A DNA stretch of 63,922 bases, filler included, from Octopus bimaculoides (taxonomy: Eukaryota), in assembly GCF_001194135.2 (NCBI RefSeq). It is 10 parts of 8 records of this genome, joined end to end, with 100 filler letters (N's around TTAATTAATTAA, not from the genome) between each part and the next. Parts side by side here need not be neighbours in the genome. Positions count along the whole stretch, not along the records: positions 1 to 9,880 come from NW_026345968.1; positions 9,981 to 24,115 come from NC_068989.1; 8 more parts are not named here. One strand, 5' to 3'. Below are positions 1-13,740 of the stretch, in pieces. The notes under the pieces are model-generated. The model ran no database searches. It saw only the letters and a program-made list of their open reading frames with translations, and had not been told where the DNA came from. The position numbers were made by a program, and so were the translations under genes. How positions within the stretch are numbered: position 1 is the first letter of the stretch; each line of letters begins with the position of its first letter.

Positions 1-75
1 ATATATATATAAATATATAAATATATATAAATATATATATATATATATTGATAGATAGATATATATAAACACACG

Positions 76-110
<35 letters not shown>

Positions 111-308
111 GCATGTGTGTGTATGTTTTTATAGAAACATATGGATGGGTATCTGTCTTTATAGTTATTCATATACATCTCTCAAAATTTACATAAGTAT
201 ATGTATATACATGCCTACACACGCACACACACATACACACACACACACAAACATACAAACTCTCACACACACATGTCTTTATACATATACATATACATAC
301 ATACATAC

Positions 309-341
<33 letters not shown>

Positions 342-824
342 NNNNNNNNNNNNNNNNNNNNNNNNNNNNNNNNNNNNNNNNNNNNNNNNNNNNNNNNNNN
401 NNNNNNNNNNNNNNNNNNNNNNNNNNNNNNNNNNNNNNNNNNNNNNNNNNNNNNNNNNNNNNNNNNNNNNNNNNNNNNNNNNNNNNNNNNNNNNNNNNNN
501 NNNNNNNNNNNNNNNNNNNNNNNNNNNNNNNNNNNNNNNNNNNNNNNNNNNNNNNNNNNNNNNNNNNNNNNNNNNNNNNNNNNNNNNNNNNNNNNNNNNN
601 NNNNNNNNNNNNNNNNNNNNNNNNNNNNNNNNNNNNNNNNNNNNNNNNNNNNNNNNNNNNNNNNNNNNNNNNNNNNNNNNNNNNNNNNNNNNNNNNNNNN
701 NNNNNNNNNNNNNNNNNNNNNNNNNNNNNNNNNNNNNNNNNNNNNNNNNNNNNNNNNNNNNNNNNNNNNNNNNNNNNNNNNNTATATATATATATATATA
801 TGACGACCTTCCTTCTGTTCCCAT

Positions 825-938
825 CTACCAAATCTATTCTCGAGGCAGTGGTTGACCCGGGGCTTGCCATGCTGTGGACCCGAACCCGTCTACCAAGTTT
901 TTGGGAAGCAAGCTTCTAACCACACAGCCACGCCTATT
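825..938 (-). mobile_element. Degenerate tRNA-derived SINE fragment
   Basis: Similar to the 19740-19905 family (gcaagcttctaaccacacagccac). Confidence 0.5.
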
Positions 939-1436
939 GATATCTATTCATATTATATATGCATGAAAATCTATAAGCAGAAAGATGTGCGTCTATATTT
1001 GTATGTATGTGTGTATATACATATGTGTGCGGACTAAGTTATGATGGAAAGTGCAGATGTGTAGATTGAGAGAGAGATGGAGAAATCACCTGACGAACTT
1101 ATACAGGAATATAGAGACGCTCATTAACATACAGACACATATAGGCAAACACACCACACAAACACAGACATGCATAATGAGACAAAGGGAGAAGGAGAGA
1201 GCGGGGGAGAGGGGGAGGGAGAAAGATTGAGGCGGGTCCTATTATCGGTGCTGTACCATATCTGTAGGCTGTACGGGAAGAGCTATCGATGATTGCATGA
1301 ATAAAGTATTTAGAGAAAGAGTGAAAACGAGAAAATGAGAGAGAGCGAGAGAGAGAGAGGGCGAGAGAGAGGGCGAGAGCACGAGAGAGAGAGAGAGGAA
1401 GACAGAAGAGGGTGTGTCTGAGGGAACTTTTGTGCA

Positions 1437-1486
<50 letters not shown>

Positions 1487-1818
1487 ATCCTTATCTGTAT
1501 GGGACTGCGAAATCTTAAGGTTTTATACACCCGGTGGCAGCAGAGAAACCCCTAAGCTAGCTGGAGACCGCAATCTGTTGCCAGTGGAGGAATAGAACAA
1601 CAGAGACCGAGAAAGAGAAATAGAGTGGAGGGAGAGAGAGGGGGGGAATGAGAAAGAGAGAAAGAGAAAGAGAAAGAGGGGGAGAAAGAATGAGAGCGGT
1701 TACAAAAACCAAAATGATATACATGTGTGTGTGGATATGTGTATGTATACACGCACACACACACACACACATATATGTATATATGTATATACATATATAT
1801 ATATATTTATTTAGATAT

Positions 1819-1861
<43 letters not shown>

Positions 1862-3589
1862 NNNNNNNNNNNNNNNNNNNNNNNNNNNNNNNNNNNNNNN
1901 NNNNNNNNNNNNNNNNNNNNNNNNNNNNNNNNNNNNNNNNNNNNNNNNNNNNNNNNNNNNNNNNNNNNNNNNNNNNNNNNNNNNNNNNNNNNNNNNNNNN
2001 NNNNNNNNNNNNNNNNNNNNNNNNNNNNNNNNNNNNNNNNNNNNNNNNNNNNNNNNNNNNNNNNNNNNNNNNNNNNNNNNNNNNNNNNNNNNNNNNNNNN
2101 NNNNNNNNNNNNNNNNNNNNNNNNNNNNNNNNNNNNNNNNNNNNNNNNNNNNNNNNNNNNNNNNNNNNNNNNNNNNNNNNNNNNNNNNNNNNNNNNNNNN
2201 NNNNNNNNNNNNNNNNNNNNNNNNNNNNNNNNNNNNNNNNNNNNNNNNNNNNNNNNNNNNNNNNNNNNNNNNNNNNNNNNNNNNNNNTATATATTCATAT
2301 ATGTGTGTGTCTATATGCGCGCCTGTGTGTGAGTATGTGTATTCACACAGACTGGAAGAGAGTGAGTGAGGGACAGAGAGAGAATGAAAGAGAGAAAGAG
2401 AGAGAGAGAGAGAGAGAAGTGATGTTATGAGACTGAGCGCTGAGCGGAGCTAAAAGAAGCCACTGTGACGTCATAAGTACTGCAGTGTCTGTCTCACAGG
2501 TCAGTGTCAAGGAGAAGTTATCAAACAAACAAGAAGAACAACAACACCACCAACAACAACAACAACAGCCACAGCAGCAGCAGCAGCAGCAGCAGCTCCA
2601 CCCACTCGGTTCGGTTCTGCACCCGGTTTCAAAACATCATATGACATTTGTCGCATGGAACAAAGTTGAATATGTGACCAATTCTCTTCAGACGTATCCT
2701 TGTGTGGGTCATCTATATACGTAAGATATGACATCATCCAATGATGACGCAGAGAGAGAAAGAGACAGAGAGACAGAGAGACAGAGAGACAGAGTGACAG
2801 AGACGGAGAGAGCGTTGAGGGAAAGAAAGGGAGACGCTGTCTGTTGAACTATATTGTTGGTGATGTTGTTGTTGTTGTGGTTTACATATCTTCCGTGAGT
2901 TTGCTGAATCACGTGTTGTTATTACTACAGTAGCAGCCTGTTGCTTCAAGTTTTTCATCTTTTATATAATTTCTGATGCTGTTGCTGCAGGTGGGACTTT
3001 CCTACTTGTCTGTTATTGTTATTATTGTTGTTGCTGTTGTCGTTATGGCTACTGTTATTGTTGTTGTTGTTGGTTGTTATTGCTTTGCTCAGTGCATACT
3101 TTATGGCTCAATACCACACGCTAACGGAACGGAAACACATGTCTAATTACACAGCCTCTACACAGGTCCGACCCCTGTCTTTTTTTCCATCCTCTCCTGT
3201 CTCTCCCTCCATCTCTCTCTCTTTTTCTCTTTTTACATATTGTGTGAGTGTTTGTGTGTGTGTGTGCGTGTGTTAAAGGGAGAATGCATATGTGTGTGCG
3301 TGAGTCTTGCGTAGTGTAGTCAATTTAACCAAGAGTCATTCTTTGAGTATGTTTTAACCTGTTTTCATTTTACTTTGAAATGTCTACACACAAACAGACT
3401 CACACAGAAACAGACTCACATACACACACACACACACGCGCGCACGTGTGTGTGTGTGCGTGTGTGTGTATGTGTGTGCGTNNNNNNNNNNCGCGCGCAC
3501 GTGTGTGTGTGTGCGTGTGTGTGTATGTGTGTGCGTGTGTGTGTGTGTGTATATATATATAAATATATATATATAAATATATATATATG

Positions 3590-3921
3590 CGGAGACCCCC
3601 TTCTGTTATGTCTGACCATGGGATTGCAGTTAGGAAGTTACCCTCCCAGGCACAAGTACGGGCAAGGTTGTTTATGGTAGACCAGCAGTCACCCATGCAT
3701 ACCAGCCCCCCCTCTCCACACCACCGATGTTATGCAAAGGAAAGGCAAAGGGGCCGATACAGGTTGGCACCAGTGACGTCACTACTCATTTCTACAGCTG
3801 AGTTAATTGGACCAACGTGAAATTAAGTGTCTTGCTCAAGAACACAACACACAGCCCGATCCGGGACTCGAACTCACAACTCTTAAGCTCGACGCTCTAA
3901 CCACTGAGCCATGCGTCTTCA
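3590..3921 (-). mobile_element. tRNA-derived SINE
   Basis: Minus strand begins gtgaagacgcatggctcagtggttagagcg (A-box-like) with gagttcgagtcc (B-box-like). Body shared with 4350-4480, 16060-16190, 33550-33790 and 53055-53295. Confidence 0.7.
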
Positions 3922-3943
3922 CATTTTGAAACATACATGTGTG

Positions 3944-3993
<50 letters not shown>

Positions 3994-5356
3994 TTAAAAT
4001 GTGCAAAGTAAAAGACAGAGGCAGGTGAAGGGACAACAAACAAGATGTATTAGTTTGACGCTCAGGAAAAATGGAAGAAGTCTTTGACATTTCGAGCCTA
4101 GGCACTTCTACGCACATACATGCATCTATACATATGCTGTATGTATATTTATTTATATGTAACTAAATATACTGAAATGGCTGTATATAAATATGTCCTA
4201 TATCATGTTACTTACCAGATTATCGCGTGTTGATATACATCGCTAGTTACAGTGCACGTTGTATCGTTTTAGTTTTGGAATGATGTCAGCCCGCTGGCTC
4301 GGTGGGCAGGCCAAATTTCCCCCTGATCGGAAGGCTAATCTATTGCAGGTTTGTCCATTTACAGTTGAGTGGACTGGAGTGTTTTGCCCAAGAACACAAT
4401 GCGCTGCCGTCTGGAAATGGAATCTACGATCTCAAGATTGTGAGTGCATTACTCCGAGCCAGTAGGCTGTGCGCCTTCACAGATTACCTATATATATATA
4501 TATATATATATATATANNNNNNNNNNNNNNNNNNNNNNNNNNNNNNNNNNNNNNNNNNNNNNNNNNNNNNNNNNNNNNNNNNNNNNNNNNNNNNNNNNNN
4601 NNNNNNNNNNNNNNNNNNNNNNNNNNNNNNNNNNNNNNNNNNNNNNNNNNNNNNNNNNNNNNNNNNNNNNNNNNNNNNNNNNNNNNNNNNNNNNNNNNNN
4701 NNNNNNNNNNNNNNNNNNNNNNNNNNNNNNNNNNNNNNNNNNNNNNNNNNNNNNNNNNNNNNNNNNNNNNNNNNNNNNNNNNNNNNNNNNNNNNNNNNNN
4801 NNNNNNNNNNNNNNNNNNNNNNNNNNNNNNNNNNNNNNNNNNNNNNNNNNNNNNNNNNNNNNNNNNNNNNNNNNNNNNNNNNNNNNNNNNNNNNNNNNNN
4901 NNNNNNNNNNNNNNNNNNNNNNNNNNNNNNNNNNNNNNNNNNNNNNNNNNNNNNNNNNNNNNNNNNNNNNNNNNNNNNNNNNNNNNNNNNNNNNNNNNNN
5001 NNNNNNNNNNNNNNNNNNNNNNNNNNNNNNNNNNNNNNNNNNNNNNNNNNNNNNNNNNNNNNNNNNNNNNNNNNNNNNNNNNNNNNNNNNNNNNNNNNNN
5101 NNNNNNNNNNNNNNNNNNNNNNNNNNNNNNNNNNNNNNNNNNNNNNNNNNNNNNNNNNNNNNNNNNNNNNNNNNNNNNNNNNNNNNNNNNNNNNNNNNNN
5201 NNNNNNNNNNNNNNNNNNNNNNNNNNNNNNNNNNNNNNNNNNNNNNNNNNNNNNNNNNNNNNNNNNNNNNNNNNNNNNNNNNNNNNNNNNNNNNNNNNNN
5301 NNNNNNNNNNNNNNNNNNNNNNNNNNNNNNNNNNNNNNNNNNNNNNNNNNNNNNNN

Positions 5357-5470
<114 letters not shown>

Positions 5471-7068
5471 GTTGTTGTTATTATTTCGTTATTTTTCCAT
5501 TGTCAATCTAGTTTTATTACCCGGGAGTTTTGTTCTAATATTTATGGAGTTATAAATCAAACGTGAATTTTCTTGGAGAGCATTTCTCTGCTACCACAAG
5601 AATTTCGAGTGTCTACTTAGAAAGTCTTCAGAATTCTTGGTGGTGCCAGTTGTTGTTCGGTTGCTGTCTGAGTCATTAATGGACAGCCGTTGTATATACA
5701 CAATTTTGCTAGTTTTTGTGGGTTTGGGTGTAGATTGTGTATACGCATGTGTAGGCTTTTATTTATGATTTTGTTTAGCTTGTTACGTTGAGTGTTCGCT
5801 TCAACTTAACTATGCATTCTTTGTGCGAATGGCATCTCTGGGTAAGTTTCTCGTGTCACTGTTTGAAATTACTTAACGCGACGATTTGGCGCGATCGTTA
5901 GAGCGTCGGACAAAATGTTTTGCGTTATATGGTCTGGCTTTTATGCTCTCAGTCCAAATACCGCTATGGACAATTACGCATTTCATCCATCTGCAGTCGA
6001 TGCAAAATAGTGCCTGTACAACAATAAAAGGGTCTACATAACTGACAAAACGATAACCACAAAATTGCTGGCCTTGTGCCAAAATTAGAGATGGTTATTT
6101 TTAATTGCCAGTTTATCGACTCCCTTTTTGTTTTTTGCAAAAACATCTTAAATATACTCAGCTACATTGCTTTCAAGTTTTNNNNNNNNNNNNNNNNNNN
6201 NNNNNNNNNNNNNNNNNNNNNNNNNNNNNNNNNNNNNNNNNNNNNNNNNNNNNNNNNNNNNNNNNNNNNNNNNNNNNNNNNNNNNNNNNNNNNNNNNNNN
6301 NNNNNNNNNNNNNNNNNNNNNNNNNNNNNNNNNNNNNNNNNNNNNNNNNNNNNNNNNNNNNNNNNNNNNNNNNNNNNNNNNNNNNNNNNNNNNNNNNNNN
6401 NNNNNNNNNNNNNNNNNNNNNNNNNNNNNNNNNNNNNNNNNNNNNNNNNNNNNNNNNNNNNNNNNNNNNNNNNNNNNNNNNNNNNNNNNNNNNNNNNNNN
6501 NNNNNNNNNNNNNNNNNNNNNNNNNNNNNNNNNNNNNNNNNNNNNNNNNNNNNNNNNNNNNNNNNNNNNNNNNNNNNNNNNNNNNNNNNNNNNNNNNNNN
6601 NNNNNNNNNNNNNNNNNNNNNNNNNNNNNNNNNNNNNNNNNNNNNNNNNNNNNNNNNNNNNNNNNNNNNNNNNNNNNNNNNNNNNNNNNNNNNNNNNNNN
6701 NNNNNNNNNNNNNNNNNNNNNNNNNNNNNNNNNNNNNNNNNNNNNNNNNNNNNNNNNNNNNNNNNNNNNNNNNNNNNNNNNNNNNNNNNNNNNNNNNNNN
6801 NNNNNNNNNNNNNNNNNNNNNNNNNNNNNNNNNNNNNNNNNNNNNNNNNNNNNNNNNNNNNNNNNNNNNNNNNNNNNNNNNNNNNNNNNNNNNNNNNNNN
6901 NNNNNNNNNNNNNNNNNNNNNNNNNNNNNNNNNNNNNNNNNNNNNNNNNNNNNNNNNNNNNNNNNNNNNNNNNNNNNNNNNNNNNNNNNNNNNNNNNNNN
7001 NNNNNNNNNNNNNNNNNNNNNNNNNNNNNNNNNNNNNNNNNNNNNNNNNNNNNNNNNNNNNNNNNNNN

Positions 7069-7101
<33 letters not shown>

Positions 7102-7488
7102 ACACACACACACACACGTACATACACACGAGAAAACGTGTGACAAATATATATACGGCGTTCCAGCCGTTCAAATTGCTACGGCTACCTAGAATGATAA
7201 AGACCCAGGCATAGCAATTTGGCGCATCATAATTACGTAGAATGTATGGCATCGAATTATATACGAGTGATTCTGCGAAAATATAATAATTACTATGTTT
7301 GTTAGTGTTTGTATACACGACTCCACTTGCGCGCGCACCCCGTGTGTGTGTGTGTGTGTGTGTGTTTGTTTCCATGTATCTATTTGTCAACATAATACTA
7401 AGTACGAAAATCATTGACTAATTACGTCTGAATAAGAGAAAGAGAAAGAAAAAAAAAAAGGAAATGGCCAAAAGTCAGAACATTATAC

Positions 7489-7631
7489 ACATACATACAT
7501 GGTGGTTGTCTACTCCTTAAACAGAGTTTGACCACCTCCTGCACCTACACCTTAGCCCTTTCATGGCGTCTGATGTGGCTTTTTAAACCAGACAGTGTTT
7601 TGAAAAAACACCCACACAGATTGCATACATA
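7489..7631 (-). mobile_element. 3' end of an RTE-like LINE with terminal C2H2 finger (YVCNLCGCFFKTLSGLKSHIRRHERAKV*) and (ATGT)n tail
   Basis: Exact C-x2-C-x12-H-x3-H spacing; TAG stop at 7545-7547; short 3' UTR running into (ATGT)n. Confidence 0.5.
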
Positions 7632-8854
7632 CATACATACATACATACATACATACATACATACATACATACATCCGTGTATGTGTGTGTGCATATACAT
7701 ATACATATATNNNNNNNNNNNNNNNNNNNNNNNNNNNNNNNNNNNNNNNNNNNNNNNNNNNNNNNNNNNNNNNNNNNNNNNNNNNNNNNNNNNNNNNNNN
7801 NNNNNNNNNNNNNNNNNNNNNNNNNNNNNNNNNNNNNNNNNNNNNNNNNNNNNNNNNNNNNNNNNNNNNNNNNNNNNNNNNNNNNNNNNNNNNNNNNNNN
7901 NNNNNNNNNNNNNNNNNNNNNNNNNNNNNNNNNNNNNNNNNNNNNNNNNNNNNNNNNNNNNNNNNNNNNNNNNNNNNNNNNNNNNNNNNNNNNNNNNNNN
8001 NNNNNNNNNNNNNNNNNNNNNNNNNNNNNNNNNNNNNNNNNNNNNNNNNNNNNNNNNNNNNNNNNNNNNNNNNNNNNNNNNNNNNNNNNNNNNNNNNNNN
8101 NNNNNNNNNNNNNNNNNNNNNNNNNNNNNNNNNNNNNNNNNNNNNNNNNNNNNNNNNNNNNNNNNNNNNNNNNNNNNNNNNNNNNNNNNNNNNNNNNNNN
8201 NNNNNNNNNNNNNNNNNNNNNNNNNNNNNNNNNNNNNNNNNNNNNATATATACTTAATCAGTAATCAGACTTTTGTATTAGATATATCAATAATTTGTGA
8301 TTATCTGTTATCAAGGGAGACGGCTAATAACTAGCAATACGATATTGGCGATGGTTAAGGCGGTGGTGGTGGTCGTGATGACGGCCGTTGTGGCTCCGTG
8401 TTGGTGATGGTGAGGTCGCACACGCGGTGTTTCTTTTTTAATAAGATAAATTATCCGCACACCGATGTCTCCAGCGTTATTTGGTCGTTGTCTCCTTGCT
8501 TGTCAATCAAGATATCCATGCCAGTTTGTGTTACGCGTTTCATTGCGGTCGTCTGTAGATAATGTATCATTTCTTCTCTTAATGGATTTATTTTTTATGG
8601 AAATATTTTCATTTTTGGACAACTTCTTTTATAGGAAATTTTTGATGGCGCGTTTTTAGAGACATTTTGTGTATTTTTATATAAGTATAACTTAGATCGG
8701 TTTGGGCCAAAGTTTGGCTCAGGCCATGTGTAACTTAATAGTACCACATTACTACGGCACTGTATCAGTTACGACGACGAGAATTCCAGTTGATCCGATC
8801 TACGGAACAGGTAAGACAACAAAAGAAAGAAAAGAGACCTCGATACATAAATAT

Positions 8855-9066
8855 GGCGGTGAGATGGCAGAATTGTTAGCACGCCGGGTAAAATGCTTAG
8901 CGGAATGTCGCCTGCCGCTACGTTCTGAGTCGAAATTCAGCCGAGGTCGACTTTGCCTTTCCTCCTTTTGGGGTCGATGAAACAAGTACCAGTTACTCAC
9001 TGAGGTCGATATAATCGACTCATCCCCTCCCCTAAATGTTCAGGCCTTGTGCCTACCTTAGAAAGG
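8855..9066 (+). mobile_element. tRNA-derived SINE (ggcggtgagatggcagaa...gaggtcgactttgcctttc...ccttgtgcct family)
   Basis: Pol III-like head. Many related copies: 10290-10960, 22030-22200, 23955-24110, 38650-38850, 56520-56660, 63290-63495. Confidence 0.75.
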
Positions 9067-9846
9067 ATTATATATACATATATATGCGTGAGTGTATACA
9101 TGAATGTATGCATATAAGTCTGTATATATATGGTTATAATTATACATAATTTTATATACTCAATTCTATTTCCTTTTGTTTCGTCTACGTCTAAATATAA
9201 AAATGGCAAGAAAATTCTTTTATCTTCTTCGTGGCTAAAATCGATGGAAGATTGCCAACGGGGCGCGAGGAGGGGCGAACATCATATTCTTCACATCTGA
9301 TATAATTATATGATGCTAAGATACAAAAACGAAAGCCGACACTTTCTTATGAAAATATATAGGTATATGCGAGTTTACATCCATATTTACATAGGCATCG
9401 GAAACATCGAAAATACAAATGCGGCCATAGCGTGCACCGCCTTCGTATCTTCTCTTATCTTCTGATATTAGTTTCAGTCATTGGACTACGGCCATGCTTG
9501 GGCACCGTCTTGAACGGTTCTCATTGAAAATATCAACACCCTTTATTTATGTTTTGCCGTTTGAGTCTGGTTTTTATTTTGTCAGTTTTTTTTTCCTTTT
9601 GCCGAACCGCTAGGTTACGAGGACTTAGAAAGAAATCAATAGATCGGGTGTCAAAAAGTAAAGGACGGTGGGGACGTTGATGATGGTGGTGGGGACGTTG
9701 GTGGTGACGGTGGTGGTGATGGCTGTGATGAAATAATTATTGATTCACAGACACAGACTCATATACATGCAGACACACACACACACACGTTCATACACAA
9801 ACACACACACAAACACACCTGTGCACACACACACACACACACACCT

Positions 9847-9880
<34 letters not shown>

Positions 9881-9980
9881 NNNNNNNNNNNNNNNNNNNN
9901 NNNNNNNNNNNNNNNNNNNNNNNNTTAATTAATTAANNNNNNNNNNNNNNNNNNNNNNNNNNNNNNNNNNNNNNNNNNNN

Positions 9981-10185
9981 TTGGCTTGCTGGGTCTTCTC
10001 ACGCACAGCCCATTTCCAAAGGTCTCGGTCCGTAGTCATCGCCTCGGTGAGGCCCAATGTACGAAGGTCTTGCCTCACCACCTCAGCCCAGGTCTTCCTG
10101 GGCCTACCTCTTCCACGGGTTCCCTCAACTGTTAGGGTGTGGCACTTTTTCACGCATGTTAGGGTGTGGCACTTTTTCCAGTGTT
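9981..10185 (-). mobile_element. RTE-clade LINE ORF C-terminus fragment
   Basis: Translation VEGTRGRGRPRKTWAEVVRQDLRTLGLTEAMTTDRDLWKWAV is typical of RTE ORF ends (RGRPRxxW...DR..W). Confidence 0.8.
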
Positions 10186-10280
10186 CTAATTTGATCTACC
10201 ATGAACATAAATCTGAAAGAAATGTCACTAAACATTTTTGCCTCATGTGCTAATGATTCTGCCAGTTTGTTGCCATGATA

Positions 10281-10502
10281 ATAATAATAATCCTTTCTAC
10301 TAAAGGCACAAGGACCGAAATTTGGTGGGCGGAAGGGACTAGTCGATTACATTGACCTCAATGTTTCACTGATAATTCATCAACCCCAAAAGGATGAAAG
10401 GCAAAGTCAACCTCAGTGGAATTTGAACTCAGAACATAAAGACGGACAAAATGCTGCTAAGCATCTTGCCAGGCATGCTAACTATTCTATCAATTCACCG
10501 CC

Positions 10503-10538
<36 letters not shown>

Positions 10539-10960
10539 GTAATCCTTTCTAGGCACAAGGCCTGAAATTTGGGAGGAGAGGGCTTGTCAATTACACTAAC
10601 CCTCACTGCTCAACTGGCACTTGTTTCATTGACCTCAAAAGGATGAAAGGACAAATCAACCTTGGTAGCATTTGAACTCAGAACATAAAGCCAGAAGGAG
10701 TGGTTGCTAAGCATTTTGTCCAATGTGCTAATGATTCTGTGAACTCAGCACCTTGATAATAACAACAAGGATTTCTTACATAGATTTGAGGTCTCAAATT
10801 TGGGAAAGAGAAGAATTGAGGAAGAAGGCCTTAAACTGGGCAAAGGGTTAGTTAATTAAATCAAGCCAGTAATTGACTAGTAATTTTGTTTTATCAATCT
10901 TGGATGAAAGGCAAAGTTGATTTCAGTTTAAAACTGAAACTGTAAAGAACTGGAACAAAT
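10281..10960 (-). mobile_element. Three tandem, same-orientation SINE copies, the first two with (TTA)n tails
   Basis: Repeated aggcacaagg...gaaaggcaaagtcaacc...gaactcagaac blocks at about 10305, 10551 and (degenerate) 10790. The first two are preceded by (TAA)n. Confidence 0.7.
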
Positions 10961-11066
10961 ATAGCAAGATAATCCAAAGTTCTGACAATTTGTCAATCTG
11001 TATTGTGCATAAAAAAACCCATATTGTCAATAAATTCTTGTATTCAAAGTTGAATGTGATACTTAC

Positions 11067-11123
11067 TGAGTCCACAAAAGCTGACATGTCAATGAATTTT
11101 GGAAAACTGAACTTGCCCGTTTC
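11067..11123 (-). CDS. USP40: USP40-like exon, ETGKFSFPKFIDMSAFVDS
   Basis: Acceptor ttttgtctccctcag and donor TCA|gtaagt; 57 nt. Matches the USP FP-x2-I-(D/N)-(L/M) segment. Confidence 0.9.
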
Positions 11124-11379
11124 CTGAGGGAGACAAAATTTTAAAAATTGATCCAGAAAAATATATAGAAGTGAAATAAAATAATTGTGTTAAAAAAAGG
11201 GTGAGAGGGAGTAGCTAGGAAGAAGATAGTGATGGAGTGCCAGAACAAATCCTCAAGGAGCAAAAGAGGTTAAGGGATGGGGGGGAGAGAGACTTGTGAT
11301 GATGATAAAAACAACAAAGTAGAATGAAACAAACGAACTTGACAAACGGACCAACTAAAAATGAAAATCTGTGACTCAC

Positions 11380-11466
11380 CTTAAAGCGTTGCATTTTAAC
11401 AAAATCATAACTGAATCGAAGCAGAGAAAAACTCATGATGGGAGGTAGGGAACGTAATTTGGCACC
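11380..11466 (-). CDS. USP40: USP40-like exon, GAKLRSLPPIMSFSLLRFSYDFVKMQRFK
   Basis: Acceptor ccttatttccag and donor AAG|gtgagt; 87 nt. USP LPPxLxxxLxRF motif. Confidence 0.93.
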
Positions 11467-11781
11467 CTGGAAATAAGGATAGGTTTTTGGAACAGTTAAT
11501 AAGTTTGGTAATTAAAATAAGAAATTAAAAACTAATGGATTCATTTGATAACAGTGAGAATATTCATTCAAAGGCTGGCTGCAGAAATTATAAAATGAAA
11601 TCAGTAATTAAAATAGGGTAATTTCATATGTGAAAATATTTGAGGGTTCAGTGAAGCAATTAAGATTTAATCAACAATTAAAATAGAGTTAATTTGATGT
11701 TATATATTAATATGTAGACTGGTTTTGTTTAGCTAATGGAAATGGAGGATGAACAATAAGGTAAATGTATGCATCTAAATA

Positions 11782-12177
11782 GTGGAGGTGCAATGGCCCA
11801 GGGGTTAGGGCAGTGGACTCGCGGTCATAGGATCGCGGTTTCGATTCCCAGGCCAGGCATTGTGAGTGTTTATTGAGCAAAAACACCTAAAGCTCCACGA
11901 GGCTCCGGCAGGGGATGGTGGCGAACCCTGCTGTACTCTTTCACTACAGCTTTCTCTCACTCTTACTTCCTGTTTCTGTTGTGCCTGTAATTCAAAGGGT
12001 CAGCCTTGTCACTCAGTGTCATGCTGAATATCCCCGAGAACTACGTTAAGGGTACACGTGCCTGTGGAGTGCTCAGCCACTTGCACGTTAATTTCAGGAG
12101 CAGGCTGTTCCGTTGATTGGATCAACTGGAACCCTCGACATCGTAAGCGATGGAGTACCAACACACAACACACACAC
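11782..12177 (+). mobile_element. Full-length tRNA-derived SINE with 13-bp target-site duplication
   Basis: tRNA-like head (tggcccaggggttagg...ggtttcgattcc). TSD ATGCATCTAAATA at 11769-11781 and 12178-12190. Confidence 0.85.
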
Positions 12178-13288
12178 ATGCATCTAAATACTAAAACAGT
12201 AAGATTTAGTGCTTATTGAAATAAAGAGAAATTAATTTTATATGTTTAGGGTTCTTCTCTCTTCTTCATTTTAATATCTACAATGGGATTTCTTTTTATG
12301 ACTTGATCAATGTGACTGTGAGTAGGGAGCAGCACCTATGACCCTTTCAAAGGCTTTCAAAACTGACGGAAAGACTAGAAGTTATCCTCAGTCTTGACAC
12401 CTGGCCCAAATTGATTGCAACCAAACAGACTCTGCTAAAAGCATGTGCAGTGGCATTAAGCTAAGCGACAGACTAACCACCTCACAAAATGGGTGGTTGC
12501 AATCATTGGTGGTGGTGGTGGTGGTGGTGGTGGTAGCTGTTGTGGTGGTGTTTAAGCCTAAGCTCAAACCTGATCCAGAAACATGATCAAAGATGTTCCA
12601 GTTATGACCATCATCATCATCATCGTTTAACGNNNNNNNNNNNNNNNNNNNNNNNNNNNNNNNNNNNNNNNNNNNNNNNNNNNNNNNNNNNNNNNNNNNN
12701 NNNNNNNNNNNNNNNNNNNNNNNNNNNNNNNNNNNNNNNNNNNNNNNNNNNNNNNNNNNNNNNNNNNNNNNNNNNNNNNNNNNNNNNNNNNNNNNNNNNN
12801 NNNNNNNNNNNNNNNNNNNNNNNNNNNNNNNNNNNNNNNNNNNNNNNNNNNNNNNNNNNNNNNNNNNNNNNNNNNNNNNNNNNNNNNNNNNNNNNNNNNN
12901 NNNNNNNNNNNNNNNNNNNNNNNNNNNNNNNNNNNNNNNNNNNNNNNNNNNNNNNNNNNNNNNNNNNNNNNNNNNNNNNNNNNNNNNNNNNNNNNNNNNN
13001 NNNNNNNNNNNNNNNNNNNNNNNNNNNNNNNNNNNNNNGATCTCGCTCGAAAATATAAAGTCTTATTTAAAAAAAAAATCAGTGAGTTCATAATCAAATA
13101 TCCTAAATGAACGATACTTCCCACTTCACAGTTGAGTGGTCAACAGAAAGAAGGAAGCTCATATTGATCCAAATGGAAAAAAAATTGCTCCAACAAACGA
13201 AACCAGTAAACAAGGGAATATCAAACAATAAGGAAACAAAAAGATAAGGAAACTTCAGTGAAGCTAGGGGTTGATCCCTGCAACTTAC

Positions 13289-13438
13289 TTTTTTGGCAAT
13301 CACTAGCTTCTGACAGGGGTCACAGTAGTACTTGTTGTTTCCAGCCATGGTCTCCAGTTCACAGTACAATGTAGAAAGGGCTTGTTCCAGACTGCTGGAG
13401 TCCTTAGATACACTCAATGGAATATCTACAAAGTCTTC
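13289..13438 (-). CDS. USP40: USP40-like exon, EDFVDIPLSVSKDSSSLEQALSTLYCELETMAGNNKYYCDPCQKLVIAKK
   Basis: Acceptor ctgtctctgtctctag and donor AAA|gtaagt; 150 nt. EDFxD motif and second CxxC (CDPC). Confidence 0.93.
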
Positions 13439-13740
13439 CTAGAGACAGAGACAGAATTTTAATAGCACATAGCACATTCAATATACTTCATTCATGGCAA
13501 TATATTGAAGGGCAGAATAGTATTTAGAGGCGGTGGTGGTGGTAGTGGTGACGGCATGGATAGAGATGGTAGTGGTATTAATAGAAGTATATTAATGCGG
13601 GTATATGATGAGTGGCGGTGGTGGAGGTAATGGAGAGATGTTAGAAGTGGCAGGTGATGATTGAGAAATATTGATGGAAGACAAGTGTTAACAGAAGATA
13701 TATGTTAATAGAGAAGGCATTTGCAAGGTTTATAATCACA

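Noticed and set aside
3436-3540. Exact duplications either side of small gaps (also 57262-57282 and 57452-57472)
   Set aside because: Contig-end overlaps that were not merged: an assembly artefact.
11782-11860. tRNA-like sequences at SINE heads (also 16690, 8855, 19850)
   Set aside because: They continue into SINE bodies with TSDs and lack a complete cloverleaf or acceptor stem; not tRNA genes.
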